A stretch of DNA of 64,000 nt from Trichodelitschia bisporula. Taxonomy: Eukaryota. The notes beneath the pieces were generated by a model. The model was not told the origin of the DNA and did no database searches. It was given only the letters and a program-made list of their open reading frames with translations. The stretch lies in contig ML996697.1 in NCBI GenBank assembly GCA_010356995.1, forward strand, positions 1 through 64,000, read 5' to 3'. Each line of letters begins with the position of its first letter. Positions within the stretch are counted from its first letter, which is position 1. Of this stretch, positions 49,956-61,383 are shown one piece after another. The position numbers and the translations under genes are program-made.

Positions 49956-52227
49956 ATGGCGGGGGACTCGCTGGATCCCAAGAGACGCTGTCTTAGGCCG
50001 GTGCGCACGTTGGAAGAAGTTGATGAGGACATCCAACTGCTCGAGGAGGGTAAGCGACTATTATCGGAGGAGGCGGAGGCGGCTGGGGACTCACCGGGTT
50101 CTTAAGACCGACGTGAACAAATCGAAGAGAGGAAGCAACGACTTGACCATGGCCTCGTACTAATGCGAGAGGAAACCCGACAAATTGAAGAGGCGGCCCG
50201 ACGAATGCAAGAGGAGAACCGCCGACTTGAAGAGAAGAGAAGACCCGAAGACATCAAGAGCTGACCCGGAAAACGACACTGTTGGAATATCTCAACGCTT
50301 GCCATATCCATCAATTCTCTGCACTCGCCATTAGAAAACGGCCAGCATGGATACCAAAAAAACCTGAGAACGCCGTCGATAACTTGCGACCTGGAAAGAT
50401 AGTCATGTGGAAGGATTTTCACGCAAGCCAAAACACCCATTTGGAAAACTATTACGGAGTCAGATTTCATGACAAAGCGACTTTTCCCATCACTCCATTG
50501 TTTAGACTTTGAGGAGGAATGGAAGCGAGTGGGATCGATCTATTCCGAACACAATCTGACCACGTTTACATGGAGAGCAGTGGAAGGTCCTGTCGATGAA
50601 ATGATCGACGAGCTCTACGATGATTTCGAACTTCAAAGCAAGTTCAATCTCAAAGGAGAAATCCGGAGAGACAACCATAGCGAAAGTCTTGTTCCAGACT
50701 CCCCGTCGCCGGACCCGAGAACTCAGCGTCCTGGAGCCTATCAATTTTGCGCGTACAACACTCCGCGCGAGACAGAGGACGCACATCATCGAGTTCCCGC
50801 ATTTTTCCTGGAGTACAGAGCCTCGCAGGAACTGCCTCTTGCGTGCATCTATGCAGGCCTTGAAGGCATCAATGATACGGATTTGGACGAGGTCGTCTCC
50901 GACCAGAACCCCAAGACTCCCCAGGATAAATGCAGACAACTTATCGCTGCAATGTTTACTGACGCCTTCTCTTACATGACCTTCGCTGGGTTAGGTGTAC
51001 GTCTACATCTGCACTGGCGAAGCTTTCATCTTTCTAAGGATACCGGAGGATCCGAGTACTCTTCGCTACTACCTTTCCGTCCCAAAAGGTGATGTAGGTA
51101 ACAAGACTGGATGGGATCCGAAGATGGACGGAAACAATCGGCTGCATCTTACCGTCGTAGCCCAGCTGCTCGCTTTTACCCTTCGAGCATTTCAGACAAA
51201 GCCGCGCAGCCAACAATGGCGCAATTCTGCGATAGCTCGGCTAAAGACCTGGGACGCTAAGACTGACTTAGCGACTTTCGAATTCTTTCTCAATCATGAA
51301 TTGCCGCCCTCGGATTATCGACCCATACACCAGGGCATTTTGCCCCACGCGTCGCCTATCCGGCTTCGGTCTCAGGGACCAGCACATTCGCCGACCTCCC
51401 CACAACGTCCGTTAGGCGACAATCAACCCGACGGCGAGAAAGATTTCAATCCAGTCACCTCAGGCCGTCCACCTCTGCACCAGCCCTCCCAGTCTCAAAC
51501 TCAATGCTCCCAAGCTCAGGACATGCCTGAAACTAGGACTCATGGTGAAAGCTGGCAGTATTGCACCCACAGTTGCCTTCGTGGCCTGGTCGATGGACTT
51601 CCGCTTGACATGGCATGCCCTAATGTCAGAAAACATGGCGATCAACCTCATCATCAGCTTGATGAGCGCACTCTTCTCGAGCACATGCGGGAGCAACTTG
51701 CTCGGGACCCGGATACTGATTTTTTACCCACTTGGCCGTCCAGGATCCAGCTGTGTTCCCTTCAGAGCCAGGTTGTCATCCCACGGGTACACGTTCATTG
51801 CGAAGTGCACCCCTCAGGACTTTGACTCTTGCGCTATGAATGAGGGAAGCATCTATATGGAGCTTGATTCCATTCAGGGTATTCACATACCAATCTACAT
51901 TGGGCGCATGGAATTCGTCACACCCCATCACTACGAAGGAATCGCAGACCTCATTTATGCGACCTTTTACAGTTACGGAGGATCTTGCATTTCCATAGAT
52001 ACCGGCGACAGGAAAGCATGATTCAAAAAGTCGAAACTGCGGTGCGAGCGATCCATAAACGGCGCGTGCTCCACAGAGACCTCGCGTTTCGCAATATCCT
52101 CCTCGACGCGACGACTGGACAGGTAATGTTGATTGACTTCGAACGTGCAGTGACGGGGGCAACTCGGGTTGCGCGTACGAGGGAGTTCGAATCGATAAGG
52201 AAGTATTGGGATAAGCTCTTCTCATGA
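49956..52227 (+). pseudogene. Spok-family (spore killer-like) nuclease-kinase gene, multiply frameshifted
   Basis: Collinear fragments: E/R-rich coiled coil; TRKTTLLEYLNACH; AVEGPV..MIDEL; AYQFCAY...LEYRAS (degenerate PD-(D/E)xK); FSYM...G.../YICTGEAFIFL; Cys cluster YCTHSC-x13-CPNVRKH; kinase GYTFIAK, E..IY..L..IQG..IP, VLHRDLAFRNIL and IDFERA. No introns evident; one stop and ~5 frameshifts. Confidence 0.85.
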
Positions 52228-52674
52228 GGAATCGCTCAGTGGACGGGGGAGAGCAGTGACGGCAGGTTTTTAGAGGGGTTTTAGCGGCTTAATAGGCAAT
52301 TCACGGCTTCAACCTCGCTCACAATGATGTGATGTCTACGTTCAGCGATCTGTCAGCGTCTGCTCCATCCAAAGTTCTTCGCCTTGATAGACAAGGCAGG
52401 AGCGTTGCTATGAGGGAAGATGCATATGATGTAATGTGCGCGTGACGGGAGGAAGGAACATCGGAGGACATTGCCACATCATGTCTTTAGTCTCGAGTGT
52501 CTCTCTCTTCTCTTCTCTCTTTGTCTTTCATCAAACTTTCACTTCACACCGTAGCTATTGCACGTTGTCAGGCCTACGCTTCCATTAGCCTTTCTCACGG
52601 CCGCGAATCGGAAGCATTTCGTGCTAACTCATTCCGTGTCGAAACCCATCAAAGTCATAATCGTCAGATTCCCC

Positions 52675-53523
52675 TCACACAATCTCCTCAACCTCCTTCT
52701 CTTTCCCCACCATCAAACAGTAATCCACCAACGTAGCCAAAAGCACCACCCCCGTCGCCGCCCACGGTCCCCACTGATCAAAACTCCCCCGACTAACTTC
52801 CTCAGGTAGCCCCTCTAACCACCGCTCATGCACCCCAACAAACCCCCAAAACACAACAACACTCACAACCACCGCCGCCCTCTCCAACCCTCGCAGTACC
52901 CTCATCCTCATACCGACCTCCGCCTCCTCACTCCCAACCGCAGTCTCCACCCGCGGTCGTACACACGCCCACGCCCCGAACGCAGCCATAACCAGCGCCG
53001 CAATGTCAAATGCATGCACGAGCCGCGGCCGGGAAGGGCGAATCTCCGCTGCCACCGCGCCGTGATTGCCCTTCATGCCTAGCCGTGCGTCCGCGCACCG
53101 CTCCCCCGCTCTGTCCTCCACGCGCCACTCCTGCGCCGCGTACGCGCAACACGCGCCCGCAAGAATGAGCAGGCCCCACACGCGGACCAGCGGTCTTGCG
53201 CGGCTGCCTCGCAGTACGGGCGCCCAGCCGAGCAGAAGCGGCAGGGCACACGCGGACGCGCCGAGGACCTCCCATGCCGCGAAGATGTCGAGGTCTTTGG
53301 CGGGGATGGAGCCCGGATGGCGGGCGATGGCGAGGAGGGCAAAGGCCTGCAGCGCGATGACAGCGGTGCGGGTTAAAGATGCAGCGAGGGCGGCACGCGT
53401 GGCCCAGTTGCTGCTAGGGCCGTGGAGGGTGAAGATGAGGAGGGTGAGGGTGTTGAGGCGCGGGAGGATGGAGTGGGTGGGCGAGAGAGGGTAGATGCAG
53501 GGCATTCTTGTTGGAGTGTGCAT
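52675..53523 (-). CDS. Hypothetical multi-pass membrane protein
   Basis: 282-aa ORF with several hydrophobic helices, YPLS..H..LPR at the N-terminus and FDQWGPW near the C-terminus. Confidence 0.65.
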   Translation of the reverse strand: MHTPTRMPCIYPLSPTHSILPRLNTLTLLIFTLHGPSSNWATRAALAASLTRTAVIALQAFALLAIARHPGSIPAKDLDIFAAWEVLGASACALPLLLGWAPVLRGSRARPLVRVWGLLILAGACCAYAAQEWRVEDRAGERCADARLGMKGNHGAVAAEIRPSRPRLVHAFDIAALVMAAFGAWACVRPRVETAVGSEEAEVGMRMRVLRGLERAAVVVSVVVFWGFVGVHERWLEGLPEEVSRGSFDQWGPWAATGVVLLATLVDYCLMVGKEKEVEEIV

Positions 53524-54885
53524 GGAATTCTGAGGTTGGGTGGGTGACGCGCTTTATATCTGTCTCCTTTTGCGCGGGATACGATGTGGCGTCGGGCAGA
53601 GTAGGAGTGCCTTGCGCCACGAGGCGTGTGGGCTGAATAAATTTTGCAACGGCGATAGGGGAGAGGCGTGAAGTTTGTGGCGGCGCATGAGACTGTGCGC
53701 AAGGCTGACCTGTGAAGATATTTAGCAGTTCGCGCTTTCATGTGAAAATGGTGGAGCTGGTCGGCCACGCCTCAAAATGGTCGATCACTGTTGCCTACAG
53801 AGCAGAAGGATTCGACACGTGTCAAGATTACTGGAAAGCATACTCTTGCCCGATGGAAATCACCATCGCATCTCCTTCGAATCCACATGGATCCGATCTT
53901 CACCAAGAGATGTAGTTTCGACTGCTGCCTTGTATTTGTCTAGTTGCCGTTTGTGGCATGGCGGGACGTTAGGTCTCGGCGTACATTAACCGGCCACGAC
54001 ACGAAATGTAATTGACCATCTCATCTACCAAAAGAGCTCCCGTCCCAGAGAATACAGGCAGCAGATTCCTGAGCATGCTGTGCCGTTACTGAATGTACCC
54101 CACGCTGATGGCGCGGTTGTCGAGCGGCCTAGCGTGCCGCAGGATCGAGGCATCGTTCGAACCGGCCACCCTAAAAAGTCACGGCCACCGTCCCCAGGCA
54201 TCTTTGCAGACAAGTACGGCCGCGACTTCTTTTGGTGGCCCGTGGAACTACGGCTTCTCCGGTAAAGTCATATATCTTCAACATTCCGTACCACTCTCTC
54301 TTCTGGTCAGATTTTCGGCCCCAGTAAGCCATCCCTTGTCGTTCTTCAGATCTGGCCCTCTCAATCTGCAACCCCCAAAACTTTCCGCATCCCGTAGCGC
54401 CATTCTAGGGCTTGCGGCTGCTAGAACTAGATGTTCGACCGCCACATATGAGTGACCATGCAACTCTTCTGCGGCGCAAAGTCTACTGTAAGCAGTGATG
54501 AAGATCTAGGCAAGGGGCGGATTTACTGTGGGAAGGAGCAGCGGTACTCATGGAAGGAACCTTGGAGGACACAGTGGACAGTATATCTAGACGTGAGCGA
54601 CCACATCACTCGTCTCTTTCTTCTGTTCTTCGTCTTTTGCAATGCTTTCACTCTGCACTCGTTCACACTGCAGACACCCAGAAGCATGCTGCCATTAAAG
54701 AGTATCTATTCGCCGAAAACGATGCCCTTTCCGCATGAAAACTCGACGACGAATGAGGGATTTCTAGCGAAGAGGAACCCCACAATCCTCTGGACGAATC
54801 GCACACTTGCCCATATCTCCCATGTGCAGCTCAGGAGCATCAGGGTCAGAATTCATCTAATCTATATTGATCTACAGATATTGAT

Positions 54886-56804
54886 CTACGGCAGATACAA
54901 CCGGCCACCGTCGCCCTCGACGAATACGTCCCCACCTACGCACGGGTGGCACCACAGGACGTTCTTCGGGTCGTATTTGCGCTTCACGGTGAGCAGGCTC
55001 TCGTAGTGCGCGCCACCGCCGTAGAAAGTAGTTTTCCAGTCCTTCTCGTACTTTGATGCCTGCGCAGGTTAGATGTGGCTGGACGCAGGGTGTTGAGCAC
55101 GACTGACCTCGTTGATGTACGCCCCATGGTTCTCCGAGAGTGCATCCAGCGCAGGAATGTATTTGTCAACCATATCGCGGTTCAGCCGCGGCAAGTTCTG
55201 GAACGTATCATCATTCGCCATGACCAGCACATGTGTCGACGCCTTCTTCCACGCCGGATTAAGCCCGATATCATCCCACGAGCGGTTCGCATGCGCCGCG
55301 CCCGGAATATTGGGATACGGCATCAAATACGTCTTATCCGTGAGAGTCGTGCGGAGCATCTTCTCAATGGCCGGCATATTCCCCTCATTCAGCGCACTCC
55401 GCGCAAGTAACCGGCTTCCCATGCTGTACGCGAAGAATACCTGCGCCACGCCGCTGAGCCCGTTGGCTACGCCCCCCGGCACAAGATCGAGCACGCTGCT
55501 GTTGACCGGCACGGCGGACACGAAACACCCGTAGCTCTGCATGCGCGCAATGATCGGGTCGATGAATGCCTTGAGCTCGGCATCTGTCTTGCCCGGCGCT
55601 TGCAGCGTGCCCGCGTAGTTGGTCCACGTCAGCCACGGGTACCCGGACAGTCCGAAGTCGTTCATTTCCGGCGTTTTGGCGAAGAAGTAGGCCATGGCTT
55701 TGAAGAAGGGGGTGCGGTCGCGCGGGTCCGCGAGCGCGTTGATCATGATTAGCGAAGAGGGCGGCTTGGGGTATATTTTGTAGGTTACGGCGGTCACGAT
55801 GCCGTAGGTTGAGCTGCCGCCGCCGCGCAGCGCGCGGAAGAGGTCCGGGTAGGACACCTTGTTCACAATGACGGGTTCGCCGGTCGGAAGCACCACGTCG
55901 AGCTCGAGCACGTTTTCGACACCGAAGCCGTACTGGTTCGAGTACGGCCCGTGGCCACCGCCGCCCATCCACCCTCCGGCCGCGCCCACAGTCTGCTGTG
56001 TTAGCCGAGCGACGAGACTACACGGGTAGGCGACTCACCCCCTCGGCCCCACTGACCACAATGTACCCCCGCTTGACCACAATGTCGTTGACCTCGTTCC
56101 ACGTCATGCCCGCGCCGATACGAATGGCAGTCTGGTTGGCGCCGACGGAGTAATTCCCCACACTCGGCTTCCACGCATCGAACCACTGCAGGCCCTTAAG
56201 ATGTCTTGTCCATATACTTAGCGCCCCAACACCAAGATTCCTATCCCGTCAGCCTCGCTCGCCCACCCAGCATCAGGGTACTCACCGTCCCAGAAAATCA
56301 TGCCCCGTATTCTTAACCACAACCCGCACATTCCACTTCGCCGCAAACCTCAACGCAGCACTAACGTCCGCCTTCCCCTTCACCCGCACCACATACTCCG
56401 GATACCGACCGAGCGTACACCCGCCCTCCGGTCCAACCGGGTCCATCAGCCCGATGGGTGGGCACGGGTTCCCCGCCCAGAACGGCGCGCCCGTCATGCC
56501 TGGGTCGTCGCCCGTCCACGACGCGTTCCGCCACTGGAAGAGGTAGTTCAAGCATGCCGGACGGTTGTAGGCCGCGCCGTAGCACACGTGCCCTGCTGGC
56601 ACGTAGTGGATTAGGCGGCCGCCGAGCGTACTGTTCAGTGCTGTCCAGGCATCTGGCGTCGGATACCCGGGCTGGCCGGCGTACTTTAGGAAGTTAGCAA
56701 CGCAGAAGCAGGCGTGGGTAGCTGCATACGTTTTTCGCCAGTGTGCCTGCGGCGCCAGCGAGATGGGCCAGCAGCAGGATGGCGAGGAGCGGAGCACACA
56801 TCAT
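54886..56804 (-). CDS. Secreted FAD-linked oxidase (berberine-bridge enzyme/isoamyl alcohol oxidase-like)
   Basis: Signal peptide MMCAPLLAILLL, then VVKNTGHDFLGR (His for FAD), VGAAGGWMGGGGHGP, DLFRALRGGG and GAYINE, plus a C-terminal BBE segment (Y..LL.VKRKYDP.NV); four introns. Confidence 0.9.
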
Positions 56805-57134
56805 GGTGGGGTCAAGAGCAACAACGACAGCAACATCGACAACGACATCGACGGCGGGGTCACGGGCGGCGCCATGATTTTTAACACACTGATCGCATAT
56901 ATAGGGCAAAGGTTATTTGATTCTAATCGACTAGGAAGTCGGGCGTAGATGTCCGGCGCGGCGCCGTGAAACGCCAGCCCTAGCCGCGTTGGGCGGGTGT
57001 GGGGGACGGGAGACCTGGCGCAGGAAACAGTCCGCGCGCGATGCGATTCGTCGTCCCCGCGGTGCCAGGTAAATGGGCCTGCGCGCACCGCCCGTGGTAC
57101 CGTAGGCACGGCGTGCGAGAACGAAGGCGCAATA

Positions 57135-59224
57135 TCACAGCTTCGCCCGTGGTTCCGCGTTGCGGAAACGCACATAGTCGCGCAGACACGCCGGATTGGC
57201 TACCGTGCTGCTGACGCGCACGTCGGCGCCGCTGATGATTTTCTTGACTGCAATTTCGACTTTTTTGCCGTTGATGGTTACGGGGATTTCGGGAACGGGC
57301 TCGATGAAGCGGGGGACGTGCCGCGGGGAAAGGGAGGTGCGGATCGCGGACTCGATGCGTGAGCGTAGGGAGGGGGTTAGAGTGCGTCCGGGGTGCAGGC
57401 GCACGAACAGGAAGACGGTTTCGTCGCCGTCGTTGGGTCGTTTTCGGCCTACACAGAGTGTGTCGGCGATGTCGGCGCTGAAGGCAGGGGCCTCGACGAT
57501 GGAGTAGATCTCCGCGCTCCCGAAGCGGATGCCGGAGGGATTGAGCGTGCCGTCGCTGGCGGGTCAGCTGCGCACGCAAAGGAGCGGGTGACGTACCTGC
57601 GGCCGTGGATTTGGCATCCGCCCGTGGCTGGGTTGAATTGGATCCAGTCGTGCTGCGCCCACACGCTTATATTGTCAAAGCGCTCGAAATAGGCTTCGCG
57701 ATACTTTTTCCCGCCTTCGTCGCCCCAGAAGTACACGGGCATTGAGGGGAACGGTGTGCGACACACCAGCTCGCCCGGGCGCCCGGTCTGTGGGGCTAGT
57801 CAGCGCTACCGGTATATAGGACGCCGGCAACTCACATGCTTGATCGAAGCGCCCGTTTCGGCGTCCGCGACGTCGACGTCCTGCCCCAGCGCGGGCATCT
57901 GCATCTCCCCCGGGTACACGTCGCCCGCGGGATCGCTGCACACCCAGCTAGTCATGATTTCCGTCCCGCCGGCGACGCTGCTCAGATGGACTTTGCTCGG
58001 AAAAGCGGCGTAGAACCAGTGGAACTGGGCTGCGGTCAGGGTGGCGCCCGTCGTTGTCACCATGCGCAAGCTGCTGAGATCAAAATTGGAGGGGGGTATG
58101 TGCGACATCTCCAGCTCGAGGAGGTAGCGCGGCGAGGTCCCGAAGTAGGTCACGCGGTGGTGCTCGCAGATGCGCAGCTTCGTCGCCGCGTCGGGATACA
58201 GCGGCGAGCCGTCGTAGCAGATTACTGCGGCGCCGGTGGCTAAGTGACCGTTCATGATGTTCCAGAGCACCCACGACGTCGACGAGTACTGGAAGACGAT
58301 GTCCCGCGGGGTTAGCGAGTTGTGCAGCAGCGCGATCTTCTTCAGCTGGATGACGGCGCCGTGCTGGTGCACGATGCACTTCGGCGGTCCCGTCGTCCCG
58401 CTCGAGTACAGGATGACGAGCGGGTGTGAGAAGGGCACTCGCGCGTACTCGAGTTTGTCGGCCGGCGAAGCCCGGGCTAGAAAGTCATCGAGCAGCGTGT
58501 ATGGAAGACTGACGGTAGCCAGGGGCACGATGACTACCTGCGGCTTCTTCTTCAGCGCCGCGACGATCTGCACGATCTTCTCCTCCATGGACCGCCGCTT
58601 CGCCTTGAACGTCTGCGAGCTGTCCGCGAAGAAAATGGTCGGCTCGACTTGCAGCAGCCGGCTGGTGCACCCCTCGAGGCCCATGTCGGGCGATATAGAC
58701 GTAAACACCGCCCCAATCGACACCGTCGCCAGGAACAGCGCAATCGTCCAGCTCGAGTTCGACATCAGCGCCGCAACGCGGTCATTCATCTTAACCCCAC
58801 TGCGGAGCAGCGCACTGCGCGCGCGCCGCACATTCTCGCGCAAATCGTCCCAGGACCAGCGCACGCCATCGAGCTTCTCGCCCTCGCGCAGATTGATAAG
58901 CGCGGTCGTCGCGCCCTCCGGGTCGGTCAGAACATTCTCAGCGTAGTTTAGGTTTATGCCATTGAAGAAGCGCGGCACGTCTTTGATGTCCTTGTCCTCG
59001 AAGGCGCGGCCCGCGGCGAGGAAGGAGGGTGGCAGGGCGGGCTTGAGGCCTACGTACGCGTAGATGTCGAGCCAGAAGGCGTGGGGGTTGCGGATGGTCC
59101 AGCGGTGGAGGTCGTGGCTGGTTTTCAGGGCGAGGTTGAACTTGTTGTTGATGTGTAGGCGGTAGATGGAGATGGGGGTTGATTCAGGATCTTCCGGGCG
59201 CCAGAGGGGCGTGGGATGTTCCAT
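57135..59224 (-). CDS. Acetoacetyl-CoA synthetase with PTS1-like C-terminus (AKL)
   Basis: LNYAENVL, ILYSSGTTGPPKCIVH, SVAGGTEI, SDGTLNPSGIRFGSAEIY, P.TINGKKVEIAVK and VANP; two introns. Confidence 0.93.
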
Positions 59225-59626
59225 GGTGCCTGGATTCGTTCAACAGTGCGATCGGCAGTAGATTTGACGTTGAAGTCACGATGCCGGTGTTTTATGCGCG
59301 CCATGGTTGCTTATTCGGCCGATCTCGGCCGGGGTTGCTAGGAGGCGCTGATCGCGATGCGGGGTGGTGATGCGGGGAAGGTCCGTCGCCGTACCCGCTG
59401 AACTCGGACGTCAAGGCAACGGGAGCTGAGAAGCAAAGGTCGGCGTCTTTCGGCGATACAGCTAATTTCACATTCGACTTGACGCTTTTTTTGCACAACT
59501 GTTTGGGACGCCCACGCTAAACCTCATTAGGCGAAAAAGTTCGGATACTACACCCACCAAGACTTCACTTACGTAAGTTAAGATTCAGCCAATTAGACGC
59601 CTAGCGCATTCTCGCCGGGAACTCTA

Positions 59627-60016
59627 CAGTACAATAACAATTCTTCCTGTAAGGGAATTAAGCTAAATAAAGCGCTCATCTACTCGCCTCGCTGAGTCAA
59701 ATCTAATGAGCTATATATCATCTTCATTGGACTACGTCTCGCAAGTGCATCGCGATTTGCAGTTCCACCTCCAATATTTGATGGGGTCTTGACGCTTATC
59801 TGCCTAGGTAAGGCTCTGCCCCCATAACCCCCTTAACCCCCTGTTACTGCCAAGACCTTAACAACTTTTTGAAGTAGAACTTCAAATCGCGATGCACTTG
59901 TGAGACGTAGTTCAATTAAGATGATATATAGCTCATTAGGTTTGGCTCAGTGAGACAAGTAGTCTGCCGTTTTTTGCTGCTTGATGCTCCCGCAGAAAAA
60001 AAAAGTTATTGCACTG
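59627..60016. repeat. Long imperfect inverted repeat (foldback/MITE-like relic)
   Basis: 59680-59776 is an imperfect reverse complement of 59867-59962 (ctaatgagctatatatcatctt...caagtgcatcgcgatttg versus caaatcgcgatgcacttg...aagatgatatatagctcattag); weaker outer arms cagtacaataac/gttattgcactg. Confidence 0.9.
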
Positions 60017-61383
60017 CCGGATCGTATGAGTAGGGGAGTAAGGAAGCTAATCTGATTGGCTCGTTACTGTTTTAGAAAAGAAACCGTATGACTAAGTTGC
60101 TTTAGACAGGTCCCAAACTGTAACTCGCAAAAAAGTATCAAGTCGAATGTGAAAGTAGCTGTATTCCGCGCAGGCTGAAGCCGTGATAGTATGAGGGGGT
60201 GAAGCTCTAGGGCAGGAGGGAATGCTTACCGTAGTAACTGCTGAGAGAATGGAGGTGTAAACACCGCGCCAATCGGGATGATCGCGAACCACCGGGGCAG
60301 AGAGGCCTGGTGAACGTTACACTGCGCACGTTGTTCGTCCCGAAGATAAACCATGGACGACAGGGAAAGCTGGACATGCATCTATGCGTTTTGGGATTTG
60401 GTTACTTCGTCACTTCGTCACAATTGTGGTGATGGTGACTGATCGGAGCCCTCCTCATCTCACTCCTCACCTCTCGCAGATTCATCACAACGCGTCCCTA
60501 AGATTTGGCGGTGAAGTCGCGGTGTTCGGAGCAGCGACTCGCATCTCATCTCTCCGTCGCCTCGCATCGCCGAACGAGTCCTAATTTAAGATTCCCTTCT
60601 ACGCCACTCCACATTTGTGATGCCCCGCGCGGCTCCTGCAGATGGCGTAAGGTTTAAGATTACACCACCGCAGCCTAGCTGCGCTCCACCGCGATCCTCC
60701 TCGCGGCTTGCTTCTCTACGGAACTTCCCACCCCGTCCACGGCTACGCGGCCTCAAAGTATCGCACGTATAAACTTCACGTCTTATATGCCTCAACCCCA
60801 TAAGCTACGTACCCACCTCATCTCCTTCCTCCCGCATCCCTCGCCACCACCCCCCTAGACTTCTTCATCATCCGGGAATACCACCAGAAACAGTCAAACG
60901 CAAGTCCTCACTGAATCAGCCCGCAAGGCCCTCCCTGCATCGTGACCCCCATCTCCACCGAAAGGGGCTAGTGCAAGTGGCGTACGATTCAGCAATGGGC
61001 CGGAACGAAGTGCATCGGAAATTTAAGACTGCATGTGCAGTCTGCATGTTGCGCTGTTTCAAACGAGAGACCAGCGGGTGGCCAGTGGGGTTGCGAGCCG
61101 GGAATGTATGTAGTATGTAACAGACTTTCGAAGCCCGATGTCCGTTAGTAAGGATGGAGCTTGGAGGTAACCCGGCCCACGGCGAAGTTCACATGGCGAT
61201 CGGCCGCTGCCGCGGCCGTGCACACCCGCGACGGTAGGGATGGGCTAGGCTGCGTGGGCTGCGTGGGCGGGGCGCCACAAACAGACGTTGGTGTTTATAG
61301 GCGTTGTGATCGCCAGGTCCCCAGTGACCGTCTACTACCACCCTTCATGGCATCTACATAATTCTTAATACCCTTTCTCTTCA

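Noticed and set aside
49370..52560. Intact Starship or other transposon carrying the Spok gene
   Set aside because: No tyrosine-recombinase captain, transposase, TIRs or target-site duplication found in the window.
38176..59224. Secondary-metabolite cluster (DUF3328, ABM, SDR, BBE oxidase, acyl-CoA ligase, MFS)
   Set aside because: No PKS, NRPS, terpene synthase, precursor peptide or pathway regulator is visible, and the genes are interleaved with housekeeping loci.
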